From assembly GCA_030704615.1 (NCBI GenBank), contig CM060733.1, forward strand, positions 57,226,001-57,290,000: DNA of 64,000 nt, in the 5' to 3' direction. Positions 1 to 12,025 of this stretch are shown piece by piece. Source of the stretch: Takakia lepidozioides (Eukaryota; Plantae; Bryophyta). The notes below the pieces were generated by a model. It saw only the letters and a program-made list of their open reading frames with translations, was not told the origin of the DNA and ran no database searches. Both the position numbers and the translations under genes were made by a program. The stretch's first letter is position 1. Each line of letters opens with the position of its first letter.

Positions 1-1058
1 GTTTAAGAAATCCGGCACATACCCGGATGGACAACCAACAACTCCACAACACTGTAGCAAGTTCCTCGGATGAGAGACGATGGAAAACAACGGAACGACT
101 AAACTATTCTGCTTCACAGTGTCAGCTCAAACATGAGTGTTGGCACCCAGCTGGGTTAATTACGTCAACTCCCTCGCAGTCGTGTGTGCGTGAGGTCAGT
201 GTTGTGCCAGCTCTTGCTCCGATGAGCTTCACGAATGCAAGGTTATGGGCGGACTTTGGTACCATCTGTGCCACTTCCTGGTAGCAACAAAGTCAGCTAT
301 GGAGTTTAGTTCCACCACACCCCGCCTGTCTCCAGCACACGCAGGTACGACTCGCGGTTCGATGTCCACCATGATCGCTAAGCAAGCAGATCATCCGGGT
401 GTGAGTAAGCGGTGGCGCCCTTGTACTGGCCGTCCCACCTCCGAGTCAACGTGATTGGGATAGAAGATAGAAGCTTGAGCGCTTTCCACACAAGACATGC
501 CAGCCGAAGGCTCTACAGTGCAGTAGTGATCCCTCTGTCAGAGGAAGAAGATCTCTGCATGGTAAGCTATGCCTAGATTGTTGACCAGCACTCTCGGTTG
601 GCTCATCTCACTGCGACCTCGACACTCTGTATATAAATCAGTCAAAGCTTGAATGCTTACAATGCACAAGCGACTCGACCATACTCTTGCAATTGATCAA
701 CACGTAGCACGCAGGCTTCCATGCTCTGCGGTAAATTCTTGTACCCAATGTGGCCCTTGCCAAAGACTGTTGAATCTCTTCTTTCATTACTTAAGGGTTG
801 ATTACTTGAGCTCGTTACCACATTACTGCTCACTCTGTGCCCAACATTTGAGCCAATCTCTACATACAGGAAACTTTTGATCATAGCTCTGCTTCCAGGC
901 TGCCCCTCCAGTGGCATCATCTTCCTCGGAGGTGATCAATCACAGTTCTGAAGTGGGTAGTGTCAAGCGGGTATGCTGAAACCTCGAACGTTATGCCCTT
1001 CAAATTGATTGATGCATTGACTCACTGGAGGTAAATTGTGGTGTTCTGTGTAGCAGGC

Positions 1059-1916
1059 ATGAAGATGCTACTGGCAATGGGAGGAGTGAAGCTCTTGAGT
1101 CTTCTTCTGGTGACTGTATTACTCGGGCATTTCACATCAGTCAGTGCAATTTGCGCCACAAGTGACAGGGACGCTCTCTTGCAATTCAAATCAGGTACCA
1201 ACAAAGACGTACTCTCCTCACACATACAGGATCAACCCATTTTGAATACGAATTTGTGAAGGAGCAGTCACTCATATAAATCTGCATATGAAATCATTCC
1301 TGACCATGATCTCGTCTGTGAATTCACCCACTGTGCAGAATTGGATGACCCCTATGGCGTGTTGTCCGACTGGAACACGAACCCTGACTGCTGCACATGG
1401 CTGCAATCCCGGCAATACAGAGTAACCACATGCAACAGCGCGGGGCGCGTCACGTCCCTGACGATGGGCAATGCGCTCGAGTATAAACCGGGGCCGGTGT
1501 ACACCAAAACGACCGGGGGAGTGTACGCCGGCTCTCTCGGCAACCTCACGTACCTCCACAAGCTGGACCTGCAGACAATCTACTCCTCGGACGCCCTCCT
1601 CTCCCCCACCTGGGCCGCCTTGACGCGCTTGAGCAACCTCACCCTCGATGTGAAAGTGGCAGGCCCTTTGCCGCCCCAGTTGGTGAAGGCGTGGCCGCTC
1701 AAGTACCTGGTGCTCACCAACAACGACCTCAACGGCACTCTGCCTGTGGAGCTCTGCAAGAGCTCGCTCAAAACCCTCAAGGTGAGCGGCAACAACTTCT
1801 CGGGCAAAATCCCCAGCTGCTTGAGCCGCTTCCCGGCTTCCTCCTTCAACGACTCCACCACTGGCCCCTCCGGCAACGCAGGGCTGTGCGGCGCTCCCCT
1901 TCCCCCCTGCCCTTAA
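1059..1916 (+). CDS. Secreted small leucine-rich-repeat protein (LRRNT_2 plus a few LRRs, PGIP-like), 2 exons: 1059-1194, 1339-1916
   Basis: Hydrophobic signal peptide MKMLLAMGGVKLLSLLLVTVLLG. GT-AG intron 1195-1338 joins in frame to give DRDALLQFKSELDDPYGVLSDWNTNPDCCTW (LRRNT). Plant LRRs (LVLTNNDLNGTLP, LKVSGNNFSGKIPS) and C-cap GNAGLCGAPL. No transmembrane or kinase domain. Confidence 0.9.
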
Positions 1917-2120
1917 CTTAACTATGCCTTGTGGAACTCCATCTCCTGCAGCTTAAGTAGGGTTTGCAGCAACCTAACTTTTTTGGAGAGAAGCCTGTCT
2001 GAGCTTCATGTAACCGGATTAAGGTTTGAAGCATAATAAATCTGTCACATTTGGTGACTTCCTTGCTGGAACTCAGATTGTCAGGGGGTTCAATGTGATT
2101 CAGCTCAACACATCGTTTCG

Positions 2121-2345
2121 GAGGTTTTGGAGACCTATGAGCAAATGATGTGGGAGGGGGTGAAGCCCAACCACATTACGTTTGTTTGCGTTTGCAATGC
2201 ATGTGCGAGCCTGCTGGAGAAGGGCAAAGAGGTCCATGGTTGCATCGTCAAAGCTGGAATTGTGGCAGATGTCATTCTGAACAATACCCTTGTGGACATG
2301 TATGCCAAATGTGGGTGCTTTGAGGATGCAAAGCGAGTGTTCGCG
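2121..2345 (+). pseudogene. Isolated PLS-class PPR fragment (end of P, L and S motifs) joined to a PDF-motif tail
   Basis: ETYEQMMWEGVKPNHITFVCVCNAC...[24 protein letters not shown] is nearly identical to the repeats at 3.8-5.2 kb. It is followed by (*)NPPWVMTQ. Confidence 0.8.
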
Positions 2346-2539
2346 AAAGTGGTCCGTGAAATCCCCCATGGGTCATGACACAAGGTCAAGGACAATGTGG
2401 TGAGGGCACCTTCTTCTTCAACCTATTTCAGCCTGTTTTGCCCTCTCATCAGACTCGGCCCTAAGATGCATATTGAATTCTGTAAGTTAGCTCGTTGGGT
2501 GGATCTGTGGTGGTTTGGGGTGACTTCGACAAGTTTGGC

Positions 2540-5500
2540 AGCAGGAAAGTATCCAAAAACAGATTACAGAGATGAGGAGAAGTGTTGGAATGAACACTTT
2601 TCCAACCCCAGTCAATGGTGGGACAATGGAGACAAAAAGGTGAATGCCCGTTGGACTACACAGAGAAGCATATGCAATTCAGAATTGGAACTACTGTAAT
2701 AAGTAGGGTTGGGGTGTTTGCTGGAAGAACTTCACGCTGTCAGTGTCAGCTGCTAGCAGCAAGGCTGAGGATGTATTCATGATTTGTACACTGGCAGGGG
2801 TAGCTGAAGGTGGAGGGATAGAGGTCCATATTCATCCAACAGGGCCCGGATTTCAAGATTACTTCTGATTCCCTATGGATCAATAGCTACAATAAATCTG
2901 CGTGGGTAGATGGTCAACTGGAAACAGCAGCGGCAGCAGCACAATTGATGGAACAAGGCACTCCCAATGAATGCACCTTCTTCAACACATTTCAGCTTGT
3001 TTTTCCCTCAGGTTATCAGAGTCGTCCCTAAATTTTCATGCTGAATTCTGCTGCAAGTTAGCTCGTTGGTGGATCTATGGTAGTTTTGGAGTGATAGGAA
3101 CTAGTGTGATAAGTAGGGTTGGGGTGTTTGCTGGAACAATTCTAGGCTGTCATTGTCAGCTGCTAGCAGCAAGCCAAGGATGTATGCATGATTTGTGCAG
3201 AGGCATGGACAGCTGAAGGAGTAGGGATAGAGTGGGGGTCCAGATTCATCCAAGAGGACCGGACTTCAAGCTCCATATTACCTATGATTCCCTGTGGATC
3301 AATAGCTACAAGAAACCTGCATGGGTAGATGGTCAACTAAAGGCTGCAGCTGCAGCGGCACAGTTGATAAAACCAGACACCTCAACCATGACCACAGCTT
3401 CTGAAAGAGGATCAAGAGAGGGAGTCCACAATGCCTCTTCTGGCACTTCTGGGCATGTGAAGATGCTTTGTGAGGCAGGCAGACTGACAGAGGCTCTACA
3501 GACTTAAACCAAGGAGGCATCTCAGCAGATTCAGATACGTATGTCTGTCTCTTGCTTAAGTGCATCAAGATGAAAGGTCTGGAAGTTGGAAAGCAGGTGC
3601 ACACTCACATTATCCAAAGTGGATTCACGCCAAATGTGTTTCTACTCAACACCCTTGTCAACATGTATGTTAAGTGCGGGAGCATCATGGATGCTCACCA
3701 AGTGTTCAACAGAATGCCTCAACGATCATTGGTCACGAGGAATATAATGTTGGCAGGATTTACCAAGCATGGGTGTGGTAGGAATGCTTTGGAGACCTAT
3801 GAGCAAATGCTGCGCGAAGGGGTGAAGCCCAACCACATCACATTTGTTTGTGTTTGCAATGCGTGTGCAAGCATGGGAGCTCTGGAAAAGGGGAAAGAGG
3901 TCCATGGTGGCATCGTCATAGCTGGAATTGTACGAGATGTCATTCTAAACACTGCCCTGGTGGACATGTATGCCAAATGTGGGTGCATTAAGGATGCGAA
4001 GGGAGTTTTCAACACTATGGCTGAACGAGATGTGGTGTCGTGGAATGCGATGCTTGCAGGTTATGCACAGCAGGGACGTGGTATGGAGGCTTTGGAGACC
4101 TATGATCAAATGATGGGGGAAGGGGTGAAGCCCAACCACATCACGTTTGTGTGCATTTGCAATGCATGTGCAATCCTGGCAGCCCTGGAAAAGGGTAAAG
4201 AGGTCCATGGTGACATTGTCAGAGCTGGAATTGTACCCGATGTCATTCTGAACAATACCCTGGTGGACATGTATGCCAAATGTGGGTGCATCGAGGATGC
4301 AAAAGGAGTGTTCGACAGTATGGCTAAAACGAGATGTGGTGTCATGGAATGCCATGCTTGCAGGATATGCACAGCAGGGGCGCGGGATGGAGGCCTTGGA
4401 GACCTATGAGCAAATGATGGGGGAAGGGGTTTAGTGTAACCACATCACGTTTGTGTGCGTTTGCAATGCTTGTGCAAGCCTGGCAGCCCTGGAAAAGGGC
4501 AAAGAGATCCATGGTGACATCATCAAATCTGGAATTCCACCCGATATCATTCTGAACACTGCCCTGGTGGACATGTATGCCAAATGTGGGTGCATCGAGT
4601 ATGCAAAGGGAGTGTTCGACAGTATGGCTGAACGAAATGTGGTGTCGTGGAGTGCGATGATTGCAGGATATACACAGCAAGGGTGTGGGATGGAGGCTTT
4701 GGAGACCTATGGGCAAATGATGTGCGAAAGGGTGAAGCCCGACCACATAACGTTTGTGTGCGTTTGCAATGCGTGTGCAAGCCTGGCAGGTGACATCGTC
4801 AAATCTGGAATTGTACCCGATGTCATTCTGAACACTGCCCTGGTGGACATGTATGCCAAATGTGGGAGCATTGAGGATGCGAAGGGAGTGTTCGACAATA
4901 TGGCTGAACGAGATGTGGTGTCGTGGACCGCGATGATTGCAGGATATGACAGCAGGGGGTGGGGGGTGGAGGCTCTGGAGACCTATGAGCAAATGATGGG
5001 GGAAGGGGTGAAGCCCGACCCCATCACTTTTGTTTCGGTTTGCAATGCGTGTGCAATCCTGGCAGCTCTGGCAAAGGGCAAAGATGTCCATGGCGACATT
5101 GTCAGAGCTGGAATTGTACCGAATGTCATTCTGAACAATACCCTCGTGGACATGTATGCAAAATGTGGGTGCATCGAGGAGTGTTCGACAGTGTGGCTGA
5201 ACGAGATGTGGCGTCGTGGAACGCGATGATCGCAGGATATGCCCAGCGTGGCTGTCATAGGGAGGTCCTGCAACTATTTGAAGGAATGCAAAAGAACGGC
5301 TTGAAACCGGACAGTATCACCTTTATATGTGTTCTCTCTGCATGCAGCCACACTGGCCTACTGAATGAAGGAAGACACTACTTTGATTCCCTGAGTCAAG
5401 ATCATGGTGTCACTCCGACAGTAAAGCACTTTGGCTGCATGGTGGACCTTCTTGGACGTGCGGGACAACTGGATGAGGCAGTGGACCTGATTAATAAAAT

Positions 5501-6260
5501 GCCAATCAATCCAGGTGTTGTGGTGTGGAAGGCCTTGCTTGGTGCCTGCAGAATCCATGGCAATGTGGAGATGGCTGAACGTGCGGCAACATCTATCCTC
5601 AAGTGGGATGAACAGGATGCCGCGACCTATGTGTTGCTATCAAACATCTATGCTGCAGCTGGCAGGTGGGATGATACTGCAAAGGTGAGAAGAATGATGA
5701 AGGTCAGAGGGGTTAGAAGGGAGCCAGGTCGCTGCTGCATTGAGGTTGGCAACAGGGTGCACACCTTCGTTGTAGATGACAAGTTGCATCCCAGGATTAA
5801 GGAAATCCATGCTGAGCTGAGAAGATTGTCTGGGCAGATGAAGGAGGCGGGGTATGTGCCTGACACGTGCTTTGTATTGCATGATGTGGGGGAGGAGGAA
5901 AAGGAATTTTCTCTTTGCCACCACAGTGAGAAGCTGGCCATTGGTTTTGGGCTGATCAGCACGACCCCTAGGACGCCTGTCCGTCTCATCAAGAATCTTC
6001 GAGTGTGTGGTGACTGCCACACCTCCACCAAATTCATCTCAAAGATTGTTGGCCGAGCAATTGTTGTACGGGACGCTAACCGCTTTCACCACATTGAAGA
6101 TGGGATTTGTTCTTGTGGGGATTACTGGGGAAAGGGTGTTTTCTTGGAAAGATGCGAGTGTCTTGCTTCATTCATTGATCTGTGTAGCTACTCAGACCAT
6201 CCACCATTTCCTGAGAGTATTGACCATGATGTACTGTTGAGTGCATTTCTGTATTGTTGA
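2540..6260 (+). pseudogene. PDF-motif + PLS-PPR-E-DYW (PG-type) organellar RNA editing factor, pseudogenised
   Basis: PDF motifs at 2540-2920 and 3244-3340, then about 6 PLS triplets, P2-L2-S2, E domain, PG box (EPGRCCIEV), HSEKLA, CGDCH and CSCGDYW. Lesions: 1-nt loss ~3504, +1 nt ~4326, in-frame TAG ~4432, deletion ~4788, frameshifting deletion ~5178, and GGA instead of a stop after DYW (6129). Confidence 0.9.
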
Positions 6261-8116
6261 GTCATACAGGATTGGTCATAGACGCCTGTTCGGTCATAGG
6301 CCAACTTACCCTAGTGTTTTGGATGGAAGGCTGGTGAATGAATTGAGAATCCCCAGAGTTCTCATCTAAGGTAAAATTGGGGGGCTCTACTCTTCTCACC
6401 ACGAGAACTAAACAGGGCCGCTCACCCCATCAGTCCAATGCGACCGCATCATGCCGCTGCAGCGGAAGAGAAAACGACATGGGCGGCCACACCTGATTTC
6501 CACTTAACACATGCAGCTTCATCCCCTAAGTGACTCCCTGTTCATTTGTGCATGATTGCACGAGATACCATCCGTGTAGGCCATGCGTCCAAGCACCTGC
6601 ACCTTGCCATCCCTCACTGAGTTACACCATGTTCAACGGTGTTAATCTGATCAACGCTTCCCTAGATTTCATGGCAGGCAGTCCTCACGACTCTGTATTC
6701 TACCAATCTCTGCCCACAGTGACGATTCACAGTTCGCCGTTGCTGTCTAGATGCTTGCGTTCATCACACCTTAGTAGTTGAATCATGTTCTAAACCAGTC
6801 TGTCAGCACTCTCAAGGCTGTCATTGCAGAGCTATTTCTACATATTCAGTACTCTGACTGAACCTTGCTCACAACTTACATAGCGTTCACGCTATGCAAT
6901 GACTACGCAAAGACCATCGCGTACAAATGCACTCTTTTTCACTTCTCTCATTGCTTCATGATACATAATGTTCATATAACCCATGATCCGATTCACTCAT
7001 TGGCTTACTAATGCTCTCACACAATGTCATGAAATATGGTGAACAGATGAAGATAATCTAATGGATGAAGTCTTAATGGTGTTGGAGTCCATATTTCAGA
7101 AAATGGAGAGCTAGGGTTCAAAGCCGAGCAATATTTGCTCAGTAGTCCGTTACCATTCCAATCATTGGATGTCCAATCCCACTTCCATGTCTGTTGTAAC
7201 TAGTCGATCCCGGTTTTTTGACTTTTTTGACTCAAAATGAGTCGTCCCTCAGTCGTAAAGGACAGATTCCTTCTTGGTGTAGTTTTGAAGCGGAGCTTGT
7301 TGAAGCATTTGCTGCAATGTTTCGTTGCATGGGATGAGTTGGTAGGGTTGGAGTTTGGGAGAGAGAGGGTTTGGGTTTGGGATGGCACGCCGTTGTAGCA
7401 ATGTCGTCGTTGGAAAGCGTAGCAACTGGCTGTTCCTCGGTAGTGGGGTTCTAAGAGTTAGGTTAAAAGGTTCCTTACCAAGATAGCAAATGAGACACAA
7501 GTAAAGTTTTTGTGGATTGTAGTTTCAGTTTTGCATTTTTTTAATATGTTCTATGCATCTCCAAGTTTCAGCGGTGTGGATAAGCTTTTGCTGCTGCCAA
7601 CCAACAACCAGATTTCAAGTGACCTGCTTCATATCCTTGTAGAATCTGTAAGGCTGCTTCTTGATTTCCACAATTGTTCACTACATAAGCTATGTCTGGT
7701 TTTGGTATTTTGACAGTACTTGAATTTCAAACATGTTGCCAACTTGGTGAATGGATCCCAACCATTCCTAGCAACTTCTATGTAGTATTTGCAGCAGTGA
7801 GACAAAATGTCATTCATTCTTGCCTTTACAGAAGAACTCTGGCCCTCAATCCATTCAGCTTGATTCCACAAAATTTAGCTCGATGTGGTATACTTTAGTT
7901 CTATTCGAGCTAAAATTCGAATGGTATGGGTTTAACATGAAATGAACCTGAACCGAAATTTAGCTCTGTTAGAGCTAATCGTAGAAATTTTCAGAGAAAA
8001 GATAACAATATTTAGCTCTAACGGAGACAAATTTATTAGTTCAAATAAGTAATAGTCTTAAGCAGCTATTACTAACACAAAAATCTAGCTTCTTCAATGG
8101 GTGGATGACTGATGGG

Positions 8117-8699
8117 CATCCTTCGGGAGTCCATGATGCTTGAAGACGTGGGCGAAGTAAAGTCGTCACGTCTCCTGCGCCATTGCCGTCTCTTTGGTGG
8201 GAATGAAATGGCCCATTTTACTGAACCTATCCACCACCACCATGATTGCATCGAATCTTTTTTACAACGGCATAGCAGTCATGAAATCCATCGAGACACT
8301 TTCCCAAGACCCCTCTGGAATCGGCAAGGGTTGTAGCAACCCCGCTTGCTTCGTTTTTGTTGGCACGTGGTGCATGTCTCGACATACTTCTCGGCCTTCT
8401 CCCTCAGTTTGGGCCAGAAATACTCTTTCTTCAGGAGCGCCGCGGTGCGCTTGGCTCCGCCATGGCCCGCAAGCGGGTCATCATGGCATTCTCTCAAGAG
8501 ACTATCTCTGATCCCTCCCTTCGGCACATGGAGACGCTTTTGCTTATACCGGAGCAGTCCATTTTGCAAGTGGAACTGCGATTTAACCCCCATCCTCAAG
8601 CCCCACATCACAGACTTCGTCATCTCATCCTTCCGGTAAGCCTTCCGGATCTTCCTTTGGAGCGCCGTCTCGCCCCCGTACACCAACATGAGCTGCTGC
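8117..8699 (-). pseudogene. Gypsy integrase N-terminal part (zinc-binding domain and start of catalytic core)
   Basis: LLRECHDDPLAGHGGAKRT...YFWPKL...CTTCQQ; WESVSMDFM...VVVDRFSKMGHFIP...HHGLPKD, then truncated. Confidence 0.9.
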
Positions 8700-9096
8700 C
8701 ACTACAACATATCGCAGTATATCTGACTGCCGAGCCGCGGTAGTCATGGTTTTCCTGACTTTGACCATGACTTCCCTGTATTTTTGGACCAAATGGGGCT
8801 TCACATAGTCGTTGAAATGACTTCGTGACTACATAGTCGCTCAGAGGACTACCTTGGTAGACGTCGTCATGACTGCATGGCTCCGCAGGAGATGGAAGGG
8901 TGGTTAACGATGATTCACCAACGCCAGCTTGCCACCAACAGTCGCCGGAATGACTTCTAGTGCAAGCTTGGTAGCCAAAAGGTTAAAAAAATCAAAAAGT
9001 TATTTGTAGGGTTGCCCATTAGAGGGCTGGGACTTAGCCTCATTTTTTGCTTTGTTTTTTTGGTCTTCTGCGCGTTTTCTTAGTAAAGAGCCGAGA

Positions 9097-12025
9097 GCAT
9101 GGAACGCGATGATCGCAGGATATGTAAGGGCGTGGGATGGAGACTTTGCAGAGCTATTCTTGAGCAAATGATGCAAGAAGGGCGAGGATATGCACAACGT
9201 GGGCATGGTATAGAGGCTTCAGAGACGTATGAGCAAATAATGCAGGAAGGGGTGAAGCCGGACTGGGGTCACGGTCGTTTGTGTTTGCAATACGTGTGCG
9301 AGCCTGGCAGCCCTGTAAAAGGGTAAAAGATCCATGGTGACATTGTCAAATTTAGGGTATCCAGAAACAGGTAACAGAGACAGATGTGGCAGTATTGAGG
9401 ATACAAAGGGAGTGTTTGAGAATATGGCTGAACGAAATGTTGTGTCCTAGAGTGTGATGATCGCGGGATATGCCCCAGCATGGATACGGGATGGAGGCAT
9501 TGGAGACCTATGAGCGAATGATGCGGGAAGGGGTAAAGGCAGACAGACTTGGTCACGTTTGTTTGTAGATGCAATGCGTATGCGAGCTGCATGATTCTTC
9601 TTCGACCTGTTTCAGCCTGTTTTGCCCTCTCATCAGACTCAGCCTTGAATTGTTTGGTGGAGCAGAGCTCGCATGAGTTTTTTACAAATCGTTCACGATG
9701 GTGGGACAACCGTGATCACAAGTGCTTTGACATGTTACTGCCAATGTGGCAACTGGAAAGTATCCAAAAACAGATAACAGAGATGAGGAGAAGCTATGGA
9801 ATGAATACTTCTCCGACCCCAGTCAATGGTGGGACAAGCGAGGCAAGAAAGTGAATGTTGTTAGATTACAAAGAAAAGCAGATGCAATTAGCATAGGAAC
9901 TAGTGTGATAAGTAGGGTTGGGTTATTTGTTAGAACAAATCATTGTCAGTTGCTGGCAGCAAGGCGAGGATCTATGCATGATTTGTGCAGAGGGGCAGAT
10001 AGCTGAAGGAGCAAGGATAGAGTGTGCGTCCAGATTCATCAAGAGGCCGGATTTCAAGCACAAGATTACCTATGATTCCCTGTGGATCAATAGCTACACG
10101 AAACCTGCATGGGTAGATGGTCAACTGGAAGCAGCAGCGGCACCGGCACAGTTGATAAAGTGAGGCAGACCACAGCTTCTAAAAGAGGACCAAGAGAGGG
10201 AGTCCACAATGACTCTTCTGGGACTTCTGGGCATGTGAAGATGCTTTGTGAAGCTGACTGACTGACACGGCTCTACAGACTTTAAACCAAGGAGGAGGCA
10301 TTTCAGCAGATTCAGATACGTATGTCTATCTTGCATAAGTGCATCAAGATGAAAGGCCTGGAAGCTAGAAAGCAAGTGCACGCTCACATCATCCAAAGTG
10401 GATTCAAGCCAAACGTTTTTTTACGCAATACCCTTGTCAACATGTATGTTAAGTGCGGGAGCATCATGGATGCTCACCAAGTGTTCAACAGAATGCCTCA
10501 ACGATCTTTGATCACGTGGAATATTATAATGTTGGCAGGATTTACCAAGCATGGGTGTGGTACAAATGCTTTGGAGATCTATGAGCAAATGAGGCTAGAA
10601 GGGGTGAAGCCCGACCACATCACATTTGTTTGCGTTTGCAATGCATGTGCGAGCTTGGCAGCCCTGGAAAAGGGCAAAGAGGTCCATGCTGATATCGTCA
10701 AGCTGGAATTGTACCAGATGTCATTCTGAACACTGCCCTGGTGGACATGTATGCCAAATTTGGGTGTATTGAAGATGCAAAGGCAATGTTCGACAAAATG
10801 GCTGAACGTGATGCGGTGTCGTGGAGCACGATGATCGCAGGATATGCACAGCAGGGTCGTGGGATGGAGGCTTTGGAGACCTATGAGTAAATGATGCTGG
10901 AAGGGGTGAAGCCCAACTAGATCACCTTTGTTGGCGTTCGCAATGCATGTGCAAACTTGACAGCCTTGGAAAATGTCTTGGTCCATGGTGACATTGTCAA
11001 AGCTGGAATTGTACCAAATGTCATTTTGAACACTACCTTGCTGGATATGTATGCCAAATGTGGGAATGTTGAAGATGCAAAGGGGGTGTTTGACATTATG
11101 GCTGAATGTGATGTGGTGTTGTGGAACGTGATTCAGATCGTAGGACATGCACAACAGGGTTGCGGGATCGACCTTGTCATTCTGAACAATACCAAGGTGG
11201 ACTTGTATGCAAAATGTGAGTGCATCGAGCCCTGGACAAGGGCAAAGAGGTGCATGGGGATATCATCAAAGCTGAAATGGTACCAAATGTCATTCTGAAC
11301 ATTGCCCTAGCAGCTCTGGAAAAGGGGAAAGAGGTCCATGGCAACATCTTTAGAGCTGGAATTGTACCAAATGTCATTCTGAACAATACCCTGGTGGACT
11401 TGTATGCAAAATGTGGGTGCATCGAGCCTTGGACAAGGGCAAAGAGGTGCATGGGGATATCATCAAAGCTGGAATTGTACCAAATGTCATTATGAACAAT
11501 ACCCTAGTGGACTTGTATGCAAAATGTGGGTGCATCGAACCCTGGACAAGGGCAAAGAGGTGCATGGGGATATCATCAAAGCTGGAATTGTACCAAATGT
11601 CATTATGAACACTACCCTGGAAGCTCTGGAAAAGGGCAAAGAGGTCCATGGCGACATCTTCAGAGCTGGAATTGTACCAAATGTCATTCTAAACAATACC
11701 CTGGTGGACATGTATGCAAAATGTGGGTGCATCGAGGATGCAAAGGGAGTCCCCCATGGGTCATGACACAAGGTCGAGGACAATGTGGTGAGGGCACCTT
11801 CTTCTTCAACCTATTTTCGGCCTGTTTTGCCCTCTCATCGGACTCATCCCTGAATTTGCATCATGTTGAATTATGTAATTTATCTTGTTGGGTGGATCTG
11901 TATGGGATAGCTGAAGGAGCAGGGATAGAGTGTGGGTCCAGATTCATTCAAGAGGGCCAGATGTCAAGCTCCAGATTACGTATGACTCCCTGTGGATCAA
12001 TAGCTACAAGAAACCTGCATGGGTA
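9097..12025 (+). pseudogene. Scrambled PDF/PPR gene fragments inside the CACTA (block 1)
   Basis: PPR pieces at 9097-9590 and 10290-11750, the latter including ~120-bp L/S tandem duplications at 11170-11750. PDF pieces at 9655-9722 (EFFTNRSRWWDNRDHK), 9750-9850 + 10034-10130, and 11943-12025. No E or DYW domain. Confidence 0.88.

Noticed and set aside
1-1000. Coding-like minus-strand stretches (e.g. AFVKLIGARAGTTL...)
   Set aside because: Broken by stops; no family recognised.
3800-5200. Regular ~300-bp repeats as a CRISPR-like or satellite array; long antisense ORFs
   Set aside because: They are PLS PPR triplets, and the antisense ORFs are shadows of them.
5640-6128. Possible U-to-C (DYW:KP-type) editing domain
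   Set aside because: It has a canonical PG box, HSEKLA and DYW end, i.e. the ordinary C-to-U type.
7500-7870. KPDIAYVV on the minus strand, resembling Copia RT (TRPDIAYAV)
   Set aside because: Single short motif; the flanks do not support it.
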